Shown here: positions 30,331 to 38,382 of the stretch, in pieces
Layout: each line of letters opens with the position of its first letter
Position numbering within the stretch: the first letter of the stretch is position 1
DNA from: an uncultured Serinicoccus sp.
GTDB taxonomy: Bacteria > Actinomycetota > Actinomycetes > Actinomycetales > Dermatophilaceae
Length of the DNA stretch: 64,000 bases
Reading direction: 5' to 3'
Assembly (NCBI RefSeq): GCF_947487915.1
Contig: NZ_CANKYH010000011.1
Location: 9,919-73,918 of the forward strand
The notes under the pieces: model-generated
Database searches by the model: none
Told to the model about the DNA's origin: nothing
What the model saw: the letters and a program-made list of their open reading frames with translations, nothing else
Translations under genes and position numbers: made by a program

Positions 30331-30437
30331 CGGCCGAGCCCGTCCAGGGAGGGCCGCGTCGGGTGGCCGCCGGGATGGGCGTCCACGACCAGCAGGTGGA
30401 CCGTGCTCGATCCGACGTCGATGACTCCCAGGCGCAT
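30327..30437 (-). pseudogene. Ppx/GppA-family phosphatase remnant, 36 codons
   Basis: [36 protein letters not shown] read from sequence; N-terminus matches the Ppx/GppA phosphate-1 motif; stop overlaps next GTG. Confidence 0.8.
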
Positions 30438-30564
30438 GCGGGCCATGATGCCGCACCCAGCCGGGTACCTGCCCACAGGCGTGCGGCAGACCGTCGGCCG
30501 GACCCGCCGTCGGGCCGCGTCCCGTCTCGGCGGGACTGTCGGGACCGACGCCTACCCTGGGGGC

Positions 30565-31971
30565 GTGGCCAAGGCGAACAGGACGGCATACCGCTGCACG
30601 GAGTGCGGCTGGCAGGGCGTGAAGTGGGCGGGGCGGTGCCCGCAGTGCCAGGCGTGGGGCACCGTGTCCGAGAGCGGTGGGGCCGCCACGGTCCGCACCA
30701 GCGCGGTGCGCCCCTCCCGGCCGGCCGTGCCCATCGCGACGGTGGACGCCGACGCCGCGCAGGCGCGCCCGACCGGGGTCGGCGAGTTCGACCGCGTGCT
30801 GGGGGGTGGGATCGTGCCGGGCGCGGTCGTGCTCATGGCGGGCGAGCCCGGCATCGGCAAGTCGACCCTCGCGCTGGACGTCGCCGCCCGTGCGGCCCGT
30901 GAGGGCCGGTCGGTGCTCTACGTCTCCGGGGAGGAGTCCGCCGCCCAGGTCAAGCTGCGGGCCGAACGCATCGGTGCCGTGGCCGACACCTTGTACCTCG
31001 CCTCGGAGACCGACCTCGCGACGATCCTCGGTCAGCTCGAGCAGACCGACCCCGACCTGCTCGTCGTCGACTCGGTGCAGACGGTGGCGAGTGCCGAGGT
31101 CGAGGGGGCGCCCGGCAACGTCGGGCAGGTGCGCGAGGTCGCCTCGGCCCTCATCCAGGCGGCCAAGACCCGCGGCACCGCCGCCGTCCTCATCGGGCAC
31201 GTCACCAAGGACGGCGGCATCGCCGGACCCCGGGTCCTGGAGCACCTCGTGGACGTCGTCGTGGCCTTCGAGGGCGAGCGGCACAGCCGGCTGCGCATCG
31301 TCCGCGCGGTCAAGAACCGGTTCGGCCCCACCGACGAGGTGGGCTGCTTCGACCTCGGCGACTCCGGCATCTCGGGCCTCGCGGACCCCAGCAACCTCTT
31401 CCTGTCCAGCCGCGACCGCCCGGTGCCCGGCACCTGCGTGACGGTGACCCTCGAGGGCAGGCGGCCGCTCGTCGCGGAGGTGCAGGCCCTGGTCAGCGAG
31501 GCGGTCGCCGGGTCGGCCCGGCGGACGACGAGCGGGCTGGACCCAGCCCGGTTGGCGATGGTCCTCGCCGTGCTGGGGCAGCGTGGCGGGGTGCCCCTGG
31601 CCAAGGACGACTGCTACGCCGCGACCGTCGGCGGGGTGCGCCTCTCCGAGCCGGCCGCAGACCTGGCCCTGGCCCTGGCCCTCACCAGCGCCAAGGCCGA
31701 TCTGGCGCTGCCGGTCAGCACGATCGCGGTGGGCGAGGTGGGCCTGTCCGGCGACCTGCGCCCGGTGACGGGTGCGCCGCGCCGGTTGGCCGAGGCCTCC
31801 CGGATCGGCTTCACCGAGGCGGTCATCCCGGTGGGCTCGCTCACCGAGGGTCGTCCGCCCGCGGGCATGCGCGTGCACGAGGTCGCGACGCTGAGTGACG
31901 CGGTCGCGCTGGTGCTCGCGGCGGCGCAGGCGAGCACCAGCGCGACCGCGACGGTCTCACCGGGTCCCTGA
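30565..31971 (+). CDS. radA: DNA repair protein RadA/Sms
   Basis: CTECG...GRCPQC Zn finger, GEPGIGKST, KNRFG; TACCCT-N6-GTG. Confidence 0.97.
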   Translation: MAKANRTAYRCTECGWQGVKWAGRCPQCQAWGTVSESGGAATVRTSAVRPSRPAVPIATVDADAAQARPTGVGEFDRVLGGGIVPGAVVLMAGEPGIGKSTLALDVAARAAREGRSVLYVSGEESAAQVKLRAERIGAVADTLYLASETDLATILGQLEQTDPDLLVVDSVQTVASAEVEGAPGNVGQVREVASALIQAAKTRGTAAVLIGHVTKDGGIAGPRVLEHLVDVVVAFEGERHSRLRIVRAVKNRFGPTDEVGCFDLGDSGISGLADPSNLFLSSRDRPVPGTCVTVTLEGRRPLVAEVQALVSEAVAGSARRTTSGLDPARLAMVLAVLGQRGGVPLAKDDCYAATVGGVRLSEPAADLALALALTSAKADLALPVSTIAVGEVGLSGDLRPVTGAPRRLAEASRIGFTEAVIPVGSLTEGRPPAGMRVHEVATLSDAVALVLAAAQASTSATATVSPGP

Positions 31972-32090
31972 TCAAGAATCCATAACGGTCTGACCGGCTC
32001 GGCGGAGCGAGCCGCGCGGCGGCCTAGGATCGGCTCAGTGCCCCACCGGCACGCGAGCACCGCCGGCTGCGCTACAGGAGGGAGGTGGGC

Positions 32091-33173
32091 ATGCCTGAGC
32101 GCAACGACGAGGCTCTGCTGCGCGCCACCCTGGGCGCGGTCGCACCGGGCACCGACCTGCGGGACGGGTTGGAGCGCATCCTGCGCGGTCGGACGGGGGC
32201 GCTCATCGTCCTGGGGAGCGACCGCACGGTCGACTTCATCAGCACCGGTGGCTTCGAGCTCGACGTCGAGTTCTCCGCCACCCGGCTGCGGGAGCTGGCC
32301 AAGATGGACGGCGGCATCGTGCTGAGCCGGGACGGCACCCGCATCGTGCGGGCGGCCACCCAGCTGGCCCCGGACCGCACCATCGAGACCCGCGAGAGCG
32401 GCACCCGGCACCGCACCGCCGAGCGCACGGCCAAGCAGACCGGCTTCCCCGTCATCTCGGTGAGCCAGTCCATGTCGCTCATCGCGCTCTACGTCGGCGA
32501 CATCCGCCACGTCCTCGAGGACCGCAGCCAGCTGCAGGCACAGGCCAACCAGGCCCTGCAGACGCTCGAGCGCTACCGCTCGCGCCTCGACGAGGTGGCC
32601 GGCACGCTGTCCGCGCTCGAGATCGAGGACCTTGTCACCGTGCGTGATCTCGCCTCGGTGCTGCAGCGGCTGGAGATGGTGCGCCGGATCAGCGCCGAGA
32701 TCGAGCAGTACGTCGTCGAGCTGGGCGTGGACGGGCGGCTCATTGGCCTCCAGCTGGAGGAGATGACCGGCGGGGTCGAGCGCGAGCGCGGCCTCGTGGT
32801 CCGCGACTACATCGGCGCCTCCGACGCGGGCCGGGACCCCGTCCAGGTGCAGGCGGCACTCGGTGCGCTGGACAGCACCGAGCTGCTGGACCTCGCGGCC
32901 GTCGCCCGCTGCCTGGGCATCACGGTCGTGGGCGACGGCATGGACCACCAGCAGCTCAGCCCGTCCGGGTACCGGCTGCTGCACCGCATACCTCGACTCC
33001 CTGGGGCGATCGTCGACCGGCTGGTGGTGCACTTCGGCACCTTCCAGCAGCTGCTCTCGGCCGGCCTCGAGGACCTCATGCAGGTCGACGGGGTCGGCGA
33101 GGCCCGGGCGCGCGCGGTGCGCGAGGGGCTGTCGAGGCTCGCGGAGAGCTCGATCCTCGAGCGCTACTCCTGA
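32091..33173 (+). CDS. disA: DNA integrity scanning diadenylate cyclase
   Basis: DGGIVL, ESGTRHRTAER, C-terminal HhH QVDGVGEARAR. Confidence 0.97.
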   Translation: MPERNDEALLRATLGAVAPGTDLRDGLERILRGRTGALIVLGSDRTVDFISTGGFELDVEFSATRLRELAKMDGGIVLSRDGTRIVRAATQLAPDRTIETRESGTRHRTAERTAKQTGFPVISVSQSMSLIALYVGDIRHVLEDRSQLQAQANQALQTLERYRSRLDEVAGTLSALEIEDLVTVRDLASVLQRLEMVRRISAEIEQYVVELGVDGRLIGLQLEEMTGGVERERGLVVRDYIGASDAGRDPVQVQAALGALDSTELLDLAAVARCLGITVVGDGMDHQQLSPSGYRLLHRIPRLPGAIVDRLVVHFGTFQQLLSAGLEDLMQVDGVGEARARAVREGLSRLAESSILERYS

Positions 33174-33174
33174 C

Positions 33175-34086
33175 GTGCCGGCCCCCGAGGTCCTGCACGA
33201 CCGTCTGCTGCCCTGGTATGCCGCCCACCAGCGTGACCTGCCCTGGCGGGGTCCGGACCGCTCGCCGTGGGGGGTGCTCGTCTCCGAGGTCATGCTGCAG
33301 CAGACACCGGTGTCGCGGGTCCTGCCCGTCTGGGAGCGGTGGATGAGCAGGTGGCCGACCCCGTCGGCGCTGGCGGCCGCGCCGACGGGTGACGCCGTGC
33401 GGGAGTGGGGCCGGCTGGGCTACCCGCGCCGCGCCCTGCGCCTGCACGCCGCCGCGACCGCCGTCCGCGACGCCCACGACGGCGAGGTGCCCGCGGACGA
33501 GGCGGTCCTGCGCACCCTGCCGGGGGTCGGCGACTACACGGCGGCGGCCGTCGCCGCGTTCGCCTTCGGGCGGCGGGCGACCGTCGTCGACACCAACGTG
33601 CGGCGGGTGCTGGCGCGCTCGGTCAGCGGACTCGCCCTGCCGGCCCCGGCCCTCACCCGGGCCGAGACCACCCTCGCCGCCGGGTTGCTGCCCGAGGACG
33701 ACGCGGTGGCCGCGAGGTGGAGCGTGGCGGTCATGGAGCTGGGCGCGCTCGTCTGCACGGCCCGCGCACCCCGGTGCACCGAGTGCCCCCTCGCCGACTT
33801 GTGCGCCTGGCGTGCGGCCGGGTCACCGCCTCCCACCGGCCCCCCGCGTCGCGGCCAGCGCTGGACCGGGACGGACCGGCAGTGCCGGGGCACCCTCCTG
33901 CAGGTCCTGCGCGACTCCGCGGGGCCGGTCCCCGCCCACCGGCTGGAGGCCGCCTGGCCGGTGCCCGGGGCATCGGAGGAGCAGGCCCAGGCCGCGCGGC
34001 AGCGGGAGCGCTGCCTCGACGCGCTGGTCGCCGAGGGTCTGGTCGAGCCCCTGCCCGGCGCCCGGTTCCGTCTTCCCGGCACCTGA
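33175..34086 (+). CDS. mutY: A/G-specific adenine glycosylase
   Basis: RDLPWR, VSEVMLQQTPV, LPGVGDYTA, VDTNVRRV, C-x6-C-x2-C-x5-C Fe-S motif. Confidence 0.95.
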   Translation: MPAPEVLHDRLLPWYAAHQRDLPWRGPDRSPWGVLVSEVMLQQTPVSRVLPVWERWMSRWPTPSALAAAPTGDAVREWGRLGYPRRALRLHAAATAVRDAHDGEVPADEAVLRTLPGVGDYTAAAVAAFAFGRRATVVDTNVRRVLARSVSGLALPAPALTRAETTLAAGLLPEDDAVAARWSVAVMELGALVCTARAPRCTECPLADLCAWRAAGSPPPTGPPRRGQRWTGTDRQCRGTLLQVLRDSAGPVPAHRLEAAWPVPGASEEQAQAARQRERCLDALVAEGLVEPLPGARFRLPGT

Positions 34087-34149
34087 CCGACGCCGGTCGG
34101 GGCGGGTCGCGGACCGGTGGCGGGGGACCCCGTCGATACGATGCCTGCC

Positions 34150-35196
34150 ATGACGCTGCGCTGGGACACCTATCAGTCGGCCGAGCAGTGGCGCGCGCGC
34201 CTGCTGCAGACGCCGGGACGCCCCTCGATGTTCCAGACCCCGGAGTTCGCCCAGGTCAAGAGCCTGGCCGGATGGACCCCGAGGTATGCCGACGTCGACG
34301 GCTTCCCCCTCACCGTGCACGAGCGCCGGGCGCCCGGTTTCGGGAAGGTCTGGTACCTCCCCAAGGGGCCCGGGGTGGCGTCCGTCCAGGGTCTGGCCGC
34401 GCTGCTCCCCGACCTGCGCACCGCTGCCCACGACGCGGGGGTCTTCCTCGTCAAGATCGAGCCCGAGCTGGTCGAGTCGCCGGAGACGCTGCAGGCGTTG
34501 GAGCGCCTGGGACTGCTGCCCGCCGGACGGATCCAGACCAACAAGTCCACCGTCTTCGTCGACGTGACCGGCACGCCCGACGAGCTCATGGCGCGCCTGC
34601 CGTCCAAGACCCGCAACACCATCCGCCGCGGCCTCAAGCAGGGTGTCGCCACGGAGGCGGCACCCTTGGAGGAGTCGACCTACGAGCGCATGTGGGCCCT
34701 GTGGATGGAGGTCGTGCAGGACCAGGGCATCGCCCCGCGCTCCCACGAGTACCAGGTGGCGATGTGGCGCACGTTCTGCGACGCCGGTCTCGGGCGCGTC
34801 TTCCTCGCCCAGCACGAGGGCCGGGACGTGGCCGGGGCCTTCGTCACCGTCGTCGGCGACGTCGCGTGCTACCGCGACGGCGCCAGCGTGCGGGAGCGCC
34901 CGGTGCGCGGCGGCAGCCACGCCCTGCAGTGGGAGGCCATGCAGTGGGCGCAGGCGCAGGGCGCCACCACCTACGACATGGCGGGGACCCCGCACTCCAC
35001 CAAGGTCGACGACACGACCGACCCCTACTTCGGGATCGGCGAGTTCAAGCGGAGCTTCAGCAAGGAGGTCACCGACTTCGTCGGCGCCTACGACCTCGTG
35101 CTGCGCCCCCGACGGTATGCCGCGTGGCAGCGGGTCGGGCACCGCGTCACGGCCAAGGTCGTGTCCGGGGGCCGTGCCGGCGCGACGTTCTACTGA
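34150..35196 (+). CDS. FemX/FemAB-family peptidoglycan aminoacyltransferase
   Basis: KTRNTIRRGLKQGV, LQWEAMQWAQAQGATTYDM, FKRSF; TACGAT-N7-ATG. Confidence 0.88.
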   Translation: MTLRWDTYQSAEQWRARLLQTPGRPSMFQTPEFAQVKSLAGWTPRYADVDGFPLTVHERRAPGFGKVWYLPKGPGVASVQGLAALLPDLRTAAHDAGVFLVKIEPELVESPETLQALERLGLLPAGRIQTNKSTVFVDVTGTPDELMARLPSKTRNTIRRGLKQGVATEAAPLEESTYERMWALWMEVVQDQGIAPRSHEYQVAMWRTFCDAGLGRVFLAQHEGRDVAGAFVTVVGDVACYRDGASVRERPVRGGSHALQWEAMQWAQAQGATTYDMAGTPHSTKVDDTTDPYFGIGEFKRSFSKEVTDFVGAYDLVLRPRRYAAWQRVGHRVTAKVVSGGRAGATFY

Positions 35197-35199
35197 GCC

Positions 35200-36477
35200 T
35201 CAGAAACCGGTGGCCGACGGGCGGGGGTAGAACCTCGCGAGCTTCTTGGCGTGGTTGAGCCGGTTGGCCATGACGTAGCCCCGACGACGCCAGTTGCCGC
35301 GTTCGTAGAGCAACGGGTGGACGATCCCCCGTCGGGCCGCGCGCAGGACGCGCCGTCGCAGGGCGCCGTCCCGGACGTAGTAGGGCAGGACGGCGGGGCT
35401 GACGATGCTGTAGAGCACCTCCCGGGTGCCACGGACCGGCTCGCGCTCGACCCCCCGCACCAGGTCGTCCACCATCGCCCCGGCGAGGTCGGCGCCGGCG
35501 GCGGTGGCGTAGAAGCTGTTGCGGCCCATCCGGGGGTTGACCTCCATGTAGTAGATCGTCCCGGTCCGCGGGTCGCGCTTGGCGTCGATGTTGGCGAAGC
35601 CCCAGTAGTCGACCGCGCCGAGGATGCGCTCGGCCGCGTCCATGAGCTCGGGCATGGGCGTGGTGATCATGGCGATCGGGTTGCCGATCGTGGTCGGGTC
35701 GTGCTCGCCCAGCAGGACCTGCGCGGTGGCGACCGCGGTCAGCCGACCGGTGCGGTCGACATACCCCACGATGGAGAGCTGGTGGGTGTCGTCGCCGGGG
35801 ATGTGCTCCTGGACGAGGAAGTCCTGGCGCACGCCGCCGGACACCAGCACCTTGACCAGCTCCTGCCAATCCTGCGGGCTCTGCAGGAACCACACCTTCT
35901 GCGCTCCGGGGAACTTGAGGTTCTCGAAGTGCGCGCTGTTGGCCGGCTTGGCCACGACGGGGTAGGTGATCTCGATCGGCTCCGGGGTCCACCCCGGCTG
36001 GTCGGCGTCGCCGAAGTGCACGACCGTCGTGCGGGGGGTCGGCAGGCCCAGCCGCTCGCAGATCTGGCCGAACTGGTGCTTGTCCGCGATCTGTTCCAGC
36101 GTCTCCGGCGACATCCGCGGGAACGCGAAGGAGGCAGAGAGCTCCTCGGCGTGCTGCGCGATGAGGTCGGTGTGCGAGTCGGAGTTGCAGCCCAGCACGA
36201 GCGTGACGTCGGGGTCGCGCTCCTTGGCGGTCCTCCCCTCGGCGAGGAGCGTCGCGAGGAGCTGGGCGCGGCCGGTGTCGTGGCCCGCCTCGACGGGCCG
36301 CAGGATGCGCGAGTGCGCGATCGCGCCGGTCTGTCCGCGGGAGACGAGGGTCGTCTCGACGCCGTAGCTCTCGTGCAGCGCGCGGGCCAGGCCGTAGGTC
36401 CCCGGGTCGGTGCCGAGGAAGACCGGTCGGAAGGCGACGTCTGGGGCAGGCGAGGGCACAGGGGCGACCGAGGGCAT
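35200..36477 (-). CDS. ATP-grasp carboxylate-amine ligase (D-aspartate ligase Aslfm/YxbA-like)
   Basis: DKHQF, YPVVAKPANS, LVQEHIPGDD, GFANIDAKRDPR, YMEVNPRMGR; TAGCAT-N7-ATG. Confidence 0.85.
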   Translation of the reverse strand: MPSVAPVPSPAPDVAFRPVFLGTDPGTYGLARALHESYGVETTLVSRGQTGAIAHSRILRPVEAGHDTGRAQLLATLLAEGRTAKERDPDVTLVLGCNSDSHTDLIAQHAEELSASFAFPRMSPETLEQIADKHQFGQICERLGLPTPRTTVVHFGDADQPGWTPEPIEITYPVVAKPANSAHFENLKFPGAQKVWFLQSPQDWQELVKVLVSGGVRQDFLVQEHIPGDDTHQLSIVGYVDRTGRLTAVATAQVLLGEHDPTTIGNPIAMITTPMPELMDAAERILGAVDYWGFANIDAKRDPRTGTIYYMEVNPRMGRNSFYATAAGADLAGAMVDDLVRGVEREPVRGTREVLYSIVSPAVLPYYVRDGALRRRVLRAARRGIVHPLLYERGNWRRRGYVMANRLNHAKKLARFYPRPSATGF

Positions 36478-36527
36478 ACCGCGAATGCTACGTCACGGAC
36501 CCTCGGCCGCCGGGCCGGCGAGACCGC

Positions 36528-37985
36528 TCAGCCGACCCCGTCGACGCGCCCGTAGCCGGACACCCCGCTGAAGATCACGCGGTACTGCGTGGGCACTCCG
36601 GGCCGACCGGTGTCGTACATCATGCCGTCGCCGGCGTAGATGCCCACGTGGTAGGCCGGGGAGCCGTGGAAGACCAGGTCACCGGGCTGCGGGTTGCTCA
36701 CCGGGGTGGTGGCCGCCTGTTGCATCGCCGCTGTGCGCGGGAGGGTCAGACCCACCTCGGCGAAGACGTACTTCGTGTACCCGGAGCAGTCGAAGCCCTC
36801 CTGCGGGCTGTTGCCGCCCCACTTGTAGGGCGTCCCGAGGTACTTCGCCGCGGTGTCGAGGATCAGCTGCCGGGTGGCGGTGGGCGCCGGATCCGGAGCC
36901 GGGGCGGGCGCGGGGGCCGGCGTACTGCCGGAACCGGGGTCGCTGGCGGTGAGGACCGAGGAGGCCATGTACTGCGACCCGGCCATCTTCAGCCAGCCGT
37001 TGCTCGTGAGTGTGCCGGTGACCTTCGTCCCCCGGGCCTTGCTCCCGACGACGGAGTATGACGTGGACGGCCCGGAACGCACGTTGGCGAGGGAGGGGGT
37101 GACCCAGCGGGTCACCTCGCTCGGCGAGGGGTCCGGCTGCTCGCCACCGCCACCGCCCCCACCGGGGTTGGTCCCGGTGAGGATGGTGCCGGAGATGAAC
37201 CGGCCGCCGCTGATCTCGAGCCAGCCGTTGCTGGTCCAGGTGCCCTGCACCTTGGTGCCCTTGCGCATCGTCGTGACGACCGAGTGGCCCAGACCCGGAC
37301 CGGAGCGGACGTTGCCGATCGAGGCCTCCATCCACTGGGTGACCTCCTGGGCACCGCCACCGCCACCGCCACCGCCGCCACCGCCGCCGGGGTCGGTGCT
37401 GGTGAGGATGGTGCCGGAGACGAACTTGCCGCTGCTGATCTTGAGCCAGCCGTTGTTGGTCCAGGTGCCTTGCACCTTGGTGCCCTTGCGCATCGTCGTG
37501 ACGACCGGGTGACCCAGGCCCGGGCCGGAGCGGATGTTGCCGATCGAGGCGTCCATCCAGCGCGTGACCTCCTGGGTGCCACCGCCGCCACCGCCGCCCT
37601 CGGAGCCGACCCGGGTGAGGTTCCAGGCGGCGACGAAGCGGTTCTCCCCGATCTTCAGCCAGTTGTTGGAGGTCAGGGTCCCGGTGAGCTGCTTGCCCCG
37701 GGCGTAACCGCCGACGACGCCGTAGGAGGTCGACGGGCCGCTGCGGACGTTGACGCCCGCGGAGGCGCTCACCTCCATGGTGACCGTGCTCGTCGGCGCC
37801 GGGGTCGGCAGGATCCGGGGCTGGGCCACCGGGGTGGTGGGTGCGTTCGGCAGCAGGGGCTGCTGCGGCAGCTGTGGGGTGCTCGCGGGCGCGGCCTGCA
37901 CGGCCGGAGCGAGAGTGACGACGGGGGCGGCCGCCGCGGTGACGGCGATCATGGTGCGAGACAGGCGCCGGGTGCTCAGGGTCAT
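36528..37985 (-). CDS. Secreted NlpC/P60 peptidoglycan endopeptidase with four SH3b domains
   Basis: Signal peptide; four NVR/NIRSGP repeats; GTPYKWGG, FDCSG (Cys), LPRTA, HVGIY (His). Confidence 0.93.
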   Translation of the reverse strand: MTLSTRRLSRTMIAVTAAAAPVVTLAPAVQAAPASTPQLPQQPLLPNAPTTPVAQPRILPTPAPTSTVTMEVSASAGVNVRSGPSTSYGVVGGYARGKQLTGTLTSNNWLKIGENRFVAAWNLTRVGSEGGGGGGGTQEVTRWMDASIGNIRSGPGLGHPVVTTMRKGTKVQGTWTNNGWLKISSGKFVSGTILTSTDPGGGGGGGGGGGGAQEVTQWMEASIGNVRSGPGLGHSVVTTMRKGTKVQGTWTSNGWLEISGGRFISGTILTGTNPGGGGGGGEQPDPSPSEVTRWVTPSLANVRSGPSTSYSVVGSKARGTKVTGTLTSNGWLKMAGSQYMASSVLTASDPGSGSTPAPAPAPAPDPAPTATRQLILDTAAKYLGTPYKWGGNSPQEGFDCSGYTKYVFAEVGLTLPRTAAMQQAATTPVSNPQPGDLVFHGSPAYHVGIYAGDGMMYDTGRPGVPTQYRVIFSGVSGYGRVDGVG

Positions 37986-38156
37986 GGATGTTCCGTACGT
38001 GTGGTGGGACAGGCCGTGGTGTCCGGGTCGCCGGACGGGTGCTTCGGGACGACCCGCGGGCGGGCCAGGAGCAATCAAACCCACCCGCGCGAGCCCGTGC
38101 AACCCCCACCCCTACCCGGCGAGTGCATTTCTCGGGGGCACCACAAGCGTGTAATT

Positions 38157-38172
38157 CGTGATGTTCGTCACA
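38157..38172. promoter_or_regulatory. Putative CRP/GlxR site upstream of the NlpC/P60 gene
   Basis: CGTGA-TGTTCG-TCACA, 9/10 match to TGTGA-N6-TCACA, in an AT-richer intergenic region. Confidence 0.6.
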
Positions 38173-38326
38173 CGCTCTCAGGGTTTTCGCAGGTCAGGCC
38201 GGATATCACATCCATGTAGTTCTCTGACCTGCAGTTTTCTCGATTTTCACACGTCTCACGGCTGTCTCGGAGGCCACGTGACGGCTGTGACTGAGGCGTT
38301 GCCGAGTGGCGACTGTGGGAGCACAA

Positions 38327-38362
38327 AGGGCGGGGAACGGCATCCCTGCCGTTCCCCGCCCT
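38327..38362 (-). terminator. Terminator hairpin after clpC
   Basis: AGGGCGGGGAACGGCA-TCCC-TGCCGTTCCCCGCCCT 16-bp perfect stem, 20 bp past stop. Confidence 0.85.
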
Positions 38363-38382
38363 CTGTCGCGTGCGGGAGCGCC

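Noticed and set aside
37986-38330. c-di-AMP (ydaO) riboswitch upstream of the NlpC/P60 gene
   Set aside because: Expected from context, but I could not find the conserved GCCGAATCC...GGAACCGGGG...GGGGTGAA...GTCAGCTAAC segments on the minus strand; an Infernal RF00379 search would settle it
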